This document shows, piece after piece, positions 1 to 9,500 of a DNA stretch of 64,000 bases. Both the position numbers and the translations under genes were made by a program. Under the pieces are notes generated by a model, which saw only the letters and a program-made list of their open reading frames with translations, was not told the DNA's origin and searched no databases. The stretch comes from Candidatus Dormiibacterota bacterium (lineage in GTDB: Bacteria; Acidobacteriota; Terriglobia; Terriglobales; Acidobacteriaceae), in NCBI GenBank assembly GCA_035566655.1, contig DATMQT010000102.1, positions 4,188-68,187 on the forward strand, written 5' to 3'. Position 1 is the stretch's first letter, and every line of letters starts with the position of its first letter.

Positions 1-7
1 CTGATTT

Positions 8-1681
8 ATGCACTCGTTTGCCAATTCATACTCACGCGTCGCGGCAGCAGTTCTGCTGCCGGCGACGCTGCTGCTCGCCGCCGATGTAGACACGAAGTTT
101 CACAACGCACCGGACTCGGCGCAGAAGATGAAAAATCCCTATGAAGGCGACGATGCGGCGGCACAGGCCGGCAAACCGCTGTATGCGAAGAACTGTTCGT
201 CCTGCCACGGCAAGCTGGGCAGAGGCACAGGCGAAATCCCGTCACTGGTGGATGGCAGACTCGATTCGGTTGCGCCGGGCGAAGTGTTCTGGTTCATCAC
301 CCGGGGCAGCAAGGCGAACGGGATGCCCTCGTGGGCGATCTTGCCGGGGAAGCAACGGTGGCAGATCGTCACCTATGTGACTTCAATCCTGCCTGCGCTG
401 AAAAAGGCGCCGGAAACCGCAACTCCGCCAGCTCCGCCCGACCTGAGCACGTTCAAGTTGAAGGCGGCACCGCCGACGCCGCCCTTCATCGACTTCCGTT
501 ACGAGAAGCCGGGGACCGCGCACAAGATTACGGTAAACGATCTTCCGCAGCCGTATGCGACCAAATCGTCGTTCAACGGCCCGAGCATGGTGGCGCGGCC
601 GTCCAGCGCGTGGCCGGCGGCGCCCGCCGGATTCAAGGTGCAGTTGTATGCCACGGAGCTCGACAATCCGAGAACGTTGCGCACGGCTCCGAATGGCGAT
701 ATTTTTCTTGCGGAAACCGACCCCGGACGCATCCATGTTTTTCGAGGAATGACTCGCGATGGCAAGGCTGAACAGACCGCCATCTTTACCAAGGGCTTCA
801 AGAATCCTTATGGCTTGGCTTTTTATCCGCCGGGGCCCGATCCCCAGTGGTTGTACGTGGGCAGCGAGGGCGAAGTGGTTCGCATCCCGTATCACAACGG
901 CGACCTGAAGGCGAGCGGCGCGCCGCAACATGTTGCCGATCTGTCATGGAGCTGGTTCGGGCACGGGACGCGGGCGCTGGCATTCTCCCCCGATGGCAAG
1001 AAGATGTTTGTCGCCGTGGGTTCGGGATCGAACGTGGATGATCCCGACACGCATCCCGGCGAGAAGAACCGTGCGGACATCCTGTCGTGCGATCCCTCTA
1101 ATTGTGTGCTAAGCGTATACGCCTACGGCATTCGCAACCCTGGGGGCGGAATTGCAGTGAGTCCGCAGACGGGCGAGCTGTGGTGTTCAGTGAATGAACG
1201 CGACGGGCTCGGGGACAACCTCGTCCCCGACTACATCACCCATGTGCAGGAAGGCGGTTTCTACGGCTGGCCTTGGTGGTACATGGGCGGGCGTCAGGAT
1301 CCGCGGCATAAAGGCAAGCATCCGGAATTGAAAGATAAAGTGATCGTGCCGGATGTGCTGCTCCAGGCGCACAACGCGTCCTTGGAATTTGCGTTTTATG
1401 AAGGCCAGCAATTCCCTGCCGAGTACAAGGGAGACATTTTCGCGTCCGAGCACGGCTCGTGGAACAAAGCGGTACGCGTGGGCTACGAAGTGATCCGCGT
1501 GCCTCTGCACCAGACCGGCCATGCCAGCGGCGAGTATGAAGACTTCCTCACAGGCTTCGTGCTGCCCGACGGCAACGTCTGGGGACGTCCGGTGGGCGTA
1601 ACGGTCGCCGGGGATGGTTCGCTGTTGGTGAGCGACGACGGATCGGACTCGATCTGGAGAGTCAGCTACACGGGAAAGTAG
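8..1681 (+). CDS. cytochrome c-fused PQQ-dependent sugar (glucose/sorbosone-type) dehydrogenase, secreted
   Basis: 557-aa ORF with a hydrophobic N-terminus and a CSSCH haem-c motif (nt 194-208). It continues with propeller-type motifs NGDIFLAE, GIRNPGG and GFYGWPWWY, typical of soluble aldose/sorbosone dehydrogenases. Confidence 0.8.
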   Translation: MHSFANSYSRVAAAVLLPATLLLAADVDTKFHNAPDSAQKMKNPYEGDDAAAQAGKPLYAKNCSSCHGKLGRGTGEIPSLVDGRLDSVAPGEVFWFITRGSKANGMPSWAILPGKQRWQIVTYVTSILPALKKAPETATPPAPPDLSTFKLKAAPPTPPFIDFRYEKPGTAHKITVNDLPQPYATKSSFNGPSMVARPSSAWPAAPAGFKVQLYATELDNPRTLRTAPNGDIFLAETDPGRIHVFRGMTRDGKAEQTAIFTKGFKNPYGLAFYPPGPDPQWLYVGSEGEVVRIPYHNGDLKASGAPQHVADLSWSWFGHGTRALAFSPDGKKMFVAVGSGSNVDDPDTHPGEKNRADILSCDPSNCVLSVYAYGIRNPGGGIAVSPQTGELWCSVNERDGLGDNLVPDYITHVQEGGFYGWPWWYMGGRQDPRHKGKHPELKDKVIVPDVLLQAHNASLEFAFYEGQQFPAEYKGDIFASEHGSWNKAVRVGYEVIRVPLHQTGHASGEYEDFLTGFVLPDGNVWGRPVGVTVAGDGSLLVSDDGSDSIWRVSYTGK

Positions 1682-1705
1682 CGAGAGAAGCTAACAAAAC
1701 AAGCA

Positions 1706-1738
1706 GCCCGGCCTTCGCGGCAAAGCGAGAGGCCGGGC
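1706..1738. terminator. GC-rich hairpin between convergent genes (possible bidirectional terminator)
   Basis: gcccggcc (1706-1713) pairs with ggccgggc (1731-1738). It lies in the 67-nt gap between two convergent stop codons. No strong T-run. Confidence 0.45.
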
Positions 1739-1748
1739 CACTATCCGG

Positions 1749-2588
1749 TTAGGCTGCCGCTTGTTTGCGTTGCTGGATGAATCCGAGCAGATCGGCATTG
1801 ATCTGGTCCGCGTTGGTTGTAGGCATTCCGTGCGGAAACCCCGGATACACCTTGAGCGTCGCACCCTTCACCAGCTTCGAGGATTGCAACGCCGCCGCAC
1901 CGATGGGCACGATCTGATCATCGTCGCCGTGAAGGATAAGAGTGGGCACGTCGAACTTCTTGAGATCCTCAGTGAAGTCCGTCTCGGAGAAAGCCTTAAT
2001 GCAGTCGTAACCCGCCTTCACTCCGCCCATCATCCCCTGGAGCCACCACTTGTCCCGGATGCCTTCCGATATCTTGGCGCCCGGCCGGTTATAGCCGTAG
2101 AACGGAAGAGTGATGTCCCGGTAAAACTGTGGCCGATTTTTCGTATATTGGGCTCGCAGGTCGTCGAACACCTCGATCGGCGCGCCCGCAGGATTCTTGT
2201 CGGTCTTTACCATCAGCGGCGGAACCGCGCTGATGAGAACGGCCATGGCGACCCGCTTTGAGCCGTGCCGTCCGATGTATCTCGCGACTTCTCCGCCGCC
2301 GGTGGAGTGGCCCACGTGGATCGCGTCCTTCAGATCAAGCTTTTCCGTGAGGGCGGCGAGATCGTCTGCGTACGTGTCCATGTCATTCCCATCCCAGGTC
2401 TGGGTGGAACGGCCATGACCTCGCCGGTCAGCCGCTATGACTCGATAGCCGCGCTGGCCGAAGAACATCATCTGTCCGTCCCAGTCGTCCGCGGTGAGCG
2501 GCCAGCCGTGACTGAACACTATGGGCTGTCCCTTGCCCCAGTCTTTGTAGTAAATCTGCGTGCCGTCTTTGGTGGTAAACGTGTTCAT
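1749..2588 (-). CDS. alpha/beta hydrolase (non-haem haloperoxidase / arylesterase-like)
   Basis: Start taken at ATG 2588 ([18 protein letters not shown]), preceded by GGAGGA. Motifs HGWP and GHSTGGGE (nucleophile elbow), plus C-terminal HG. The longer track ORF (to 2810) runs through a tRNA gene and is rejected. Confidence 0.88.
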   Translation of the reverse strand: MNTFTTKDGTQIYYKDWGKGQPIVFSHGWPLTADDWDGQMMFFGQRGYRVIAADRRGHGRSTQTWDGNDMDTYADDLAALTEKLDLKDAIHVGHSTGGGEVARYIGRHGSKRVAMAVLISAVPPLMVKTDKNPAGAPIEVFDDLRAQYTKNRPQFYRDITLPFYGYNRPGAKISEGIRDKWWLQGMMGGVKAGYDCIKAFSETDFTEDLKKFDVPTLILHGDDDQIVPIGAAALQSSKLVKGATLKVYPGFPHGMPTTNADQINADLLGFIQQRKQAAA

Positions 2589-2704
2589 AGGTGTTCCTCC
2601 TTCAGGTTGGCGTTCGGTGGATGTTGAGGCTGCGGCCTTAGAAGCGCCGAGCGCGCCGCTGAGGGGCAGCACGGAAACTGGTTCACACAGCTCAAGGAGA
2701 TCGA

Positions 2705-2779
2705 TGGTGGGCGCTATAGGATTCGAACCTATGACTTCCACCGTGTGAAGATGGCACTCTACCGCTGAGTTAAGCGCCC
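2705..2779 (-). tRNA. tRNA-Val (anticodon CAC)
   Basis: 75-nt cloverleaf folded by hand: GGGCGCT acceptor, anticodon stem CCATC/GGTGG, loop TTCACAC, T-arm ATAGG-TTCGAAT-CCTAT, encoded CCA. Confidence 0.9.
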
Positions 2780-2962
2780 ACTTTGATGCGGTAAGTTGAT
2801 CATTATACACAAGTTCCGGACTAGGATTCTTGCTCGTCGCCGCCCTCCATCGTGCAGGACAGGCTATGGGAATTTGGGGAAACGAAAGATTTGGTTTGCC
2901 GGCTCGGCCGCTAACGGGTAGGCAGAACCTGACCGATGGCTCCGTTAAGGAGCGATGGGCAG

Positions 2963-3424
2963 ATGGGCAGCCGGGTCTTAGTCATGCTACTGCTGGGCGG
3001 CGCGAGGGTCGCGGGCGCTCAGGGATTGCCGGATGCGCGGATATCGAAGGCGACGTGGACGACGTTTGCCGGCATCGGGGCCGAAATGGTCGCGGACAGC
3101 GTCACCACGAGAGTTCTTTACCAGAGGCGCTATGACGAACTCAATCCGCTGGTTAAGCCGTTTGTTCATGCGGGAGTACCGGGGCAGGCCGGCGGTACCC
3201 TGCTGGGTGCAGCAGCGACCGGCGGCATGTGGTTCATACTTCGACGGACGCGTCATCATCGTGCGGCAGAGTGGTTCCTGCACTTCGTCGCCGCAGGCGA
3301 AGGGGGCAACGTCGCCCGACAGTTCATGATTCTGCGGACGAGCCTGAACGATAGTCACAGGGATGGGTCAGGCCCGCCTGTTCAGGGACTAATAAGGCCA
3401 CACAGAGGACGGGGCGGGCGGTAA
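2963..3424 (+). CDS. hypothetical secreted/membrane protein
   Basis: ORF with a signal-like N-terminus [21 protein letters not shown]. No recognisable domain, and the start and C-terminal extent are uncertain. Confidence 0.35.
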   Translation: MGSRVLVMLLLGGARVAGAQGLPDARISKATWTTFAGIGAEMVADSVTTRVLYQRRYDELNPLVKPFVHAGVPGQAGGTLLGAAATGGMWFILRRTRHHRAAEWFLHFVAAGEGGNVARQFMILRTSLNDSHRDGSGPPVQGLIRPHRGRGGR

Positions 3425-3694
3425 GCTTGACCCGTCGCCGCACATGGAGTTGGTCCCGAGGGCCCGGCATTTGGCCGCCGCAACCCGCCGTGGTAGCCTA
3501 TGCTCGGCAGGGGAGAGGTAGCTTGGTCCGCCCATCACCCCTGGCCAGAGCATCCCTTCATGCCCGACCCCGCCCGGCCACTTCGACCCGCCGCATCCCC
3601 TTCATCTGGGGGAACTTCTAAGGATCCGGCAGAACCGGAAGAAGGGCAACTTTCCGCTCAACCTCGGGTTCAATCAAGTGTGAGCACTGCCGCC

Positions 3695-4342
3695 ATGAAC
3701 CGGAGCGTTCTGACGGCCTCGCTGGGGGCGCGCCCGGCAGGCGCCTTGCAACCAGTGATGGCCGGCGCCGAAAGCTATACCGACGCTGAAGTCATGCTGC
3801 GGGTGAAGGCGGGGGACCAATCCGCTTTCGACTTTCTGGTGCAGAAGTATCGCCGGCCGCTGGTGAGCTTCATGTACCGGATGGCGCGCAACACGGCCGC
3901 GGCGGAGGATCTGGCGCAGGAAGTTTTTCTGCGCGTGTACCGCTCGCGCCAGAGCTACGAAGCCAGCGCCAAGTTCACCACCTGGCTGTATCGCATTGCG
4001 ACCAACCTGGCGGTCAATCACGCGCGCGACACCCGCAAGGAGCGGCCGGAAGTGACGGTCAGCCTGGACGAGCCGGATGAGGAAACGGGCACGACCATGG
4101 ACGTGGCCGATGGCACGATCACGGTCGAAGAAGCCCTGGTGCGGCGGGAACGGATGGCGGCGATCCGGAGCAGAGTAGAGGGATTGCCGGAACGCCAGCG
4201 GCTGGCAGTGATCATGCACAAGTACCAGCAGATGGATTACAAGCAGATTTCCGAGGTATTGAAGTTGAGTGAGTCGGCGACGAAATCGTTGTTGTTCCGG
4301 GCCTACGAAACTTTGCGGGACCAGTTAAAAGAATTTGTGTGA
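3695..4342 (+). CDS. RNA polymerase sigma factor, ECF (sigma-70 group 4) family
   Basis: Region 2 (FDFLVQKYRRPLVSFMYRM...AEDLAQEVFLRVY) and region 4 (LPERQRLAVIMHKYQQMDYKQISEVL). Start chosen at ATG 3695; the upstream part of the track ORF is Pro/Arg-rich and unlikely to be coding. Confidence 0.85.
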   Translation: MNRSVLTASLGARPAGALQPVMAGAESYTDAEVMLRVKAGDQSAFDFLVQKYRRPLVSFMYRMARNTAAAEDLAQEVFLRVYRSRQSYEASAKFTTWLYRIATNLAVNHARDTRKERPEVTVSLDEPDEETGTTMDVADGTITVEEALVRRERMAAIRSRVEGLPERQRLAVIMHKYQQMDYKQISEVLKLSESATKSLLFRAYETLRDQLKEFV

Positions 4343-4380
4343 GATCCTTCGCGAGCAAAGAGCGCTCGCTCAGGATGACA
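4343..4380 (-). repeat. dispersed TGTCATYC...GGAYC hairpin element, inverted copy
   Basis: The reverse complement reads tgtcatcctgagcgagcgctctttgctcgcgaaggatc, with an internal stem gcgagc/gctcgc plus atcct/aggat. Related copies lie at 7139, 46560, 48048 and 49838. Confidence 0.65.
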
Positions 4381-4432
4381 ATTGGAATTTGGCGAAGTGA
4401 CAGGCGAAGAGAGAATTGAGGGGAGCACGGTT

Positions 4433-4921
4433 ATGAAGTGCGGAGAGATTCACGATAGGATGCCGGACCTGGCGTCCGGGTTGATGGGAATGACGCCGGA
4501 GATCGGCGGACATCTGGCTGGGTGCGGCGCGTGCGCGGGAAAGCTGGAAGAATTCCGGCAGACGATGGCCTTGCTGGACGAATGGAAGGCTCCGGAGCCG
4601 TCACCGTATTTCGACGTGCGTCTACAAGCACGTCTGCGGGAAGAGATGGCCAAGCCGCAGGCGGGCTGGTTGGCCTGGTTCCGGCGTCCGGTGCTGGCAG
4701 CGGCGCTCACGGTGCTGATGGCGATTGGCTTGGGCTTGTTCCTCAGCAAGAACGGCGGTATCTACAACTCGGGCGACGACACGCTAGCGGTAGTTGAACC
4801 TCAGGGGCCGGGTACGGCGGTCAGCGATCTGCAGGCTTTGGAAAAGAATCATGATCTGTATTCCGATTTCGATTTGCTGGATGACCTGGAAGTGCAGCAC
4901 GATGTGCAGGCGAATCCATAA
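4433..4921 (+). CDS. anti-sigma factor (zf-HC2 type), single-pass membrane protein
   Basis: HLAGCGACAGK (HxxxCxxC) near the N-terminus and one TM segment (VLAAALTVLMAIGLGLFL). It lies directly downstream of the ECF sigma gene. ATG 4433 is preceded by gaggggag. Confidence 0.75.
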   Translation: MKCGEIHDRMPDLASGLMGMTPEIGGHLAGCGACAGKLEEFRQTMALLDEWKAPEPSPYFDVRLQARLREEMAKPQAGWLAWFRRPVLAAALTVLMAIGLGLFLSKNGGIYNSGDDTLAVVEPQGPGTAVSDLQALEKNHDLYSDFDLLDDLEVQHDVQANP

Positions 4922-4974
4922 GAGCCGGGCTGAAGTGGCTGCATGAGAAGTGCGGCGAACCTAAGGCGGGGAGA

Positions 4975-5682
4975 ATGCGGCGGGCAAATTTCATGACGGG
5001 ATGGGTGGCCACGGCTGTGCTGTGGGCAGCGACCGTTGTGGTGTCTCTGTCTACCTGCCTGGCGCAGCCCGGCACATACCCCTCCGTGCAGGCACGGCAG
5101 TCATCGCCGAGTCAAAATCACCCGAATCAAAGTCATCCGAATCAGAGTCATCCGAATCAGAGTCCTCCGAATCAGAGTCGTCCAAATCAGAATCATCAGC
5201 AGCCGCCGAACCCTGGACCAGGACATGCCGGCGACTGGCTGCGCCGCTACAAGAATCTGCCGCCGGGCGAGCAGGAACGCGCGCTCCAGAGGGATCCCGC
5301 ATTCCGCCACTTGTCTCCGGCGCAGCAGCAACAGTTGCGGCAACGGCTGCAGCATTTCTCAGGGCTGCCACCGCAGCAGCAGCAGCGCGTGCTGAATCGC
5401 ATGGAAACCTGGGAACATCTGACGCCGGGGCAGAAGGAGCAGGCCCGTCAGGTTCACGGCCAGTTACAGCAACTTCCTCCCGAGAGGCAGGCCATGGTGA
5501 AAACCGCGGTGCACCATCTGAGCGCGATGCCTCCCGAACAACGGGAACAGATTATCAATTCTGAGCGGTTTAAGGGCATGTTCTCGCCGCAGGAGCGTGA
5601 AATCATGCGTGGAGCTTCGAGGTTGCCGCTCGCGCCACCGGAGAATGGCAAGCCCGGAGAAACGCCGGCGCCCGAACAGTAG
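4975..5682 (+). CDS. DUF3106-like Gln/Pro-rich secreted protein (third gene of the ECF sigma/anti-sigma operon)
   Basis: Signal-like N-terminus and repeated helical motifs (LSPAQQQQLRQRL, LPPQQQQRVLNRM, LTPGQKEQARQV, MPPEQREQIINSERFK), as in DUF3106 proteins. Confidence 0.7.
   Translation: MRRANFMTGWVATAVLWAATVVVSLSTCLAQPGTYPSVQARQSSPSQNHPNQSHPNQSHPNQSPPNQSRPNQNHQQPPNPGPGHAGDWLRRYKNLPPGEQERALQRDPAFRHLSPAQQQQLRQRLQHFSGLPPQQQQRVLNRMETWEHLTPGQKEQARQVHGQLQQLPPERQAMVKTAVHHLSAMPPEQREQIINSERFKGMFSPQEREIMRGASRLPLAPPENGKPGETPAPEQ
5110..5199 (+). repeat. 6 x 15-nt in-frame tandem repeat (pentapeptide SQNHP/NQSHP/NQSHP/NQSPP/NQSRP/NQNHQ)
   Basis: Units aatcaRagtcatccg read directly from the sequence, inside the DUF3106-like CDS. 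Confidence 0.9.
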
Positions 5683-5686
5683 GGTA

Positions 5687-5715
5687 GTTCTCGGTTTCCT
5701 GTTTTCGGTTCTCAG
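5687..5715. repeat. tandem heptamer array (gttctcg gtttcct gttttcg gttctca)
   Basis: Read directly. Lies in the convergent gap between stop 5682 and stop 5738. Confidence 0.6.
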
Positions 5716-5737
5716 AGGCTCATCCAGCTGGCCGCGC

Positions 5738-6529
5738 TTAGCGGTACTTCTCATCAAAAAAAGGAGGGAAGTCGCCGCGACGACCGGTGACTATGAGTTC
5801 AGAGCCAAAATGGCCGCCAACGTTCACTCCGAACAAGCGATGCCGAATTCGGCTTTCTTGAATAAATGGCCACCGGAGTAAAGCGCCAAATTGCTGGCGC
5901 AAGCGCTTGGGCGAGGAAGGGGCGTGAGGGCGGATGTCGTCAAACCCACAATTGAACAGAAGCGATCTCAAGTTCGAGCCGCTGAAGCCGTACTCGTGGG
6001 CGAGCGTGACATAATAACAAGAATTGGCGCAGGGTCCTTCCATATTCGGCGTTCGAAGAAAAAGCGTGCCGTCTTTCTTCAATGCCTGGTACAGTGCATC
6101 GACTATCCAGAGAAGAGAATACTTGGGGATGTGCTCAATTACGTGGGACAGATGAATGAAATCGTATTCATCGGGATGCTTCGCCAGGAACTCTCCGATC
6201 TCGCTTTCGATTCTATGTAAAGTGACATTCCACTCCCTTAAGTACGGTTTGTTCTCCGGCGCGAAATCGGCTCCGGAAATAGTTGTGTAGCCCAGTTGCA
6301 AGCAGGCAGCCATAAAGCAGCCGTCACCGAAGCCGATGTCCAGGATCGCCGCGTCTTTATTTCCAGGCAAGAAATGGCGGTATTCTTCCGCGACCTGGTC
6401 AATTCTCTGACGAGCAGGTGGCGGGTATTTCGTGTTGACATTGCGCAAGGACATGCGGCGGTAGACTTCGGCAACAAACATGTGCGGGTCCATGCCGAAG
6501 AGCATGGAGGAAGGTCGACAATCCGTCAA
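5738..6529 (-). CDS. class I SAM-dependent methyltransferase
   Basis: Motif I ILDIGFGDGCF, and later DFIHLSHVIEH. The track start is a TTG; in-frame ATGs follow 8 and 12 codons downstream. Visibly lower GC than its neighbours. Lies 43 nt downstream of dnaE2 on the same strand. Confidence 0.75.
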   Translation of the reverse strand: MTDCRPSSMLFGMDPHMFVAEVYRRMSLRNVNTKYPPPARQRIDQVAEEYRHFLPGNKDAAILDIGFGDGCFMAACLQLGYTTISGADFAPENKPYLREWNVTLHRIESEIGEFLAKHPDEYDFIHLSHVIEHIPKYSLLWIVDALYQALKKDGTLFLRTPNMEGPCANSCYYVTLAHEYGFSGSNLRSLLFNCGFDDIRPHAPSSPKRLRQQFGALLRWPFIQESRIRHRLFGVNVGGHFGSELIVTGRRGDFPPFFDEKYR

Positions 6530-6572
6530 GAGTGCAGTTCTCGTTTCTCGGCTTCTCGTTTCCAGGATTCAT

Positions 6573-9500
6573 TCAGTGAAAATCGTGCGAAACCGTCTCA
6601 GCTTTAGTGACGAACAGTGGCTGCACGCGTTCCGCTTTGACCGAGATCACGTTGTCCTGATTTTGCAGAATTCCTTCGATGGCCAGAAACCGCTCTGAGG
6701 CCAGCAGCAGGCGGTGGCGGTGAAAAAGATCAGGCGTGATGATCGCGTTAGCCACTCCGGTTTCATCTTCCAGACTGACAAACACGAAACCTTTCGCGGT
6801 CCCGGGACGCTGGCGGGTAATGACGCAACCTCCGATGCGAAGACGCTTGCCATTGGGCAAGTCGCGGAGTTCGCTGGCGCGGCGAATGCCCATGGCCTTG
6901 AGCCATTCGCGACGGTAGGCCATGGGATGCGGGCCGACGGTGAGGCCAGTGCCGTGGAAGTCGGCAACCAGCCGCTCTTCGTGGTTCATGGGTTGAAGCG
7001 GCGAAGGCGAATCGGGCTCCGGCAACTGTTCCAGCAGCGGCCCGGAACCGCGGACGGCACGTTCCACTTGCCAGAGCGCGTCGCGGCGGTGGAACTTCGA
7101 GTCCCGAGTCTCGAGTCCCAAGTCCCGAGTAAAACTTTTGTCATTCCAACCCCCGAGCGAATGCGAGGGGCTGAGGAATCTCGGGACTCGGGACTCGGGA
7201 CTCGCCACTGCATTCAGCGCTCCGATCTCCGCCAGTGTAGTGAGTTCGTCCTTGCGCAGTTCAGAAACGCGGCGGGTGAGATCGTGAATAGAACTGAACG
7301 GAGCAAGCATGCGCTCACGTACCAGAGCCTGAGCAGCTTCCTCGCGCAGCCCACGAACGTAACGCAACCCCACACGCAGCGCTGTCCCGCCGGCAGTACT
7401 GGTTTTACTGGCCACTGGCCACTGACCACTGACCACTGCTTCTAAACTGCAATTCCACTCCGACCGCATCACGTCCACGGGCAGCATTTTCAATCCATGA
7501 CGCTGCGCATCCTTGGTGATGGTCGCCGGAGAATAAAATCCCATGGGCTGGTTGTTGAGCAGGGCGGCGGTAAACGCGGCCAGGTAATGGCATTTCAAAA
7601 ACGCGCTGGCATAAGCGATGAGAGCGAAGCTGGCGGCGTGCGATTCAGGAAATCCATAGAGAGCAAACGAAGTAATCGAGAGAATAATTTTCTCCTGCGC
7701 CTCCTGGGGAATTCCATTCTGCGTCATGCCGGCGCGCAACTTGGCTTCGATTTCCTTCATGCGTGCCTGCGAGCGCTTGAGGCCCATGGCGCGGCGCAGG
7801 TCTTCCGCTTCGCCGCCGGTGAAGTTGGCAGCGATCATGGCCAGACGAAGCAGTTGTTCCTGAAAAAGCGGCACGCCGAGCGTGCGTTTAAGCACCGGTT
7901 CTAGCGAAGGATGCGGATACGTTACCTCTTCTCTTCCCTGGCGGCGTTGCAAAAAAGGGTTGACCATCTGGCCGACGATCGGCCCCGGCCGGATAATCGC
8001 GACCTGCACCACGATGTCATAAAAATGTTTCGGACGCAGGCGCGGCAGGCACGACATCTGCGCGCGGCTTTCCACCTGGAACAAACCCACGGTGTCGGCC
8101 TGCTGCAGCGCGGAATAGACCGCGGGATCATCCTGCGGAAGATGCGCCAGATCAACCTCTTCGTGATAATGCTCGCGAATGAGTTCGATGGAATCCTTGA
8201 GCACGGCCATCATTCCCAGGCCGAGCAGGTCGACTTTGATGATGCCCATGTCGGCGCAATCTTCTTTGTCCCACTGCACCACGACGCGGCCGGGCATGGA
8301 AGCGGGTTCGAGCGGAACGACCGAATCGAGTTGTCCCTGGCAGATGACCATGCCCCCGGAGTGCTGGCCGAGATGGCGCGGCATGTCCTGCACGGCGAGG
8401 CACAGCTCGTAATACTTGCGCAGGCGCGGATGTTTGAGGTCGAGCCCGGCATCGCGGAAGCGGCGGTCGAGCGCGTCGTTCTCGTCGCGGAATTCCCAGG
8501 TAGCGACTGCGGCGGAAATTTTGCCGAGCGTTTCCGGATCGAGGCCTAGAGCCTTGCCCATTTCGCGCGCCGCCATGCGGTTGCGATAAGTAATGACGTT
8601 CGCCGTCATGGCCGCGCCGCGCTCGCCATAGCGCCGGTAAACATATTGAATAACTTTTTCGCGTTCGTCGCCGCTGGGCAGGTCGAGATCGATGTCGGGC
8701 CATTCACTGCGCTCCTCAGAAAGAAAACGCTCAAAGAGAAGCTCCATGCTGACGGGATCGACGGCCGTGATGCCGAGCGAATAACAGACGGCACTGTTGG
8801 CGGCCGAGCCGCGTCCCTGCAGCAGAATGTTTTGCTCGCGGCAGAAGCGGACCAGGTCCCACACGATGAGAAAATATCCCTCAAGTTTTAGTTTTCCGAT
8901 GAGTGCGAGTTCACGCTCAATCTGGCGCCGGGCGCGGGTTTGCATGTCAGACGCAGCGCGCCCATAACGCTGCCGAAAACCTTCCCATGCACGCTCGCGC
9001 AGGAAACAGTTCATGGTTTCGCCTTCGGGAACAGGATAACGGGGAAACTCGTAGCCGAGGTCGTTAAGCGTAAATTCCAGGCGCGAAGAAAGTTCCGAGG
9101 TATTGCTGATGGCCTCAGGAAGGTCGGCGAAGAGCTGCTGCATTTCTTTTGATGATTTCAGGTGGCGCTCGGAGTTGCGCGTTAATAAACGTCCGGCTGT
9201 TGACAAGGTACGGTGATGACGGATGGCAGTAAATGCGTCGCAGAGTTCGCGATCTTTCGCGGCGGCGTAGCATGCGCCGTTGGTTGCAAGCAGAGGGAGA
9301 TTAAGTGAGCCAGCGATTGCGATGGCGGCGCGATTGCGAGTTTCTTCTTCGCGATGAAAATGCCGCTGCAATTCGATGTACACATTGCCACGGCCAAAGA
9401 TTCCAACTAATCGCTCGACTTGCTGGCGAGCTTCTTCGATGCCGCTATGTTGCAAAGCAGCGGCCAGCGGCCCATCCGCGCCGCCGGTTAGACAGATTAG

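Noticed and set aside
2589-2810. N-terminal 74 codons of the 353-aa track ORF upstream of the alpha/beta hydrolase
   Set aside because: This stretch is the translation of the tRNA-Val gene and its flank ([24 protein letters not shown]). A good ATG with a GGAGGA Shine-Dalgarno sequence exists at 2588.
3611-3640. ECF-type autoregulated promoter (GGAAC ... CGT) upstream of the sigma factor gene
   Set aside because: GGAAC is present at 3611-3615, but no CGT-type -10 element lies at the expected 16-17 nt spacing.
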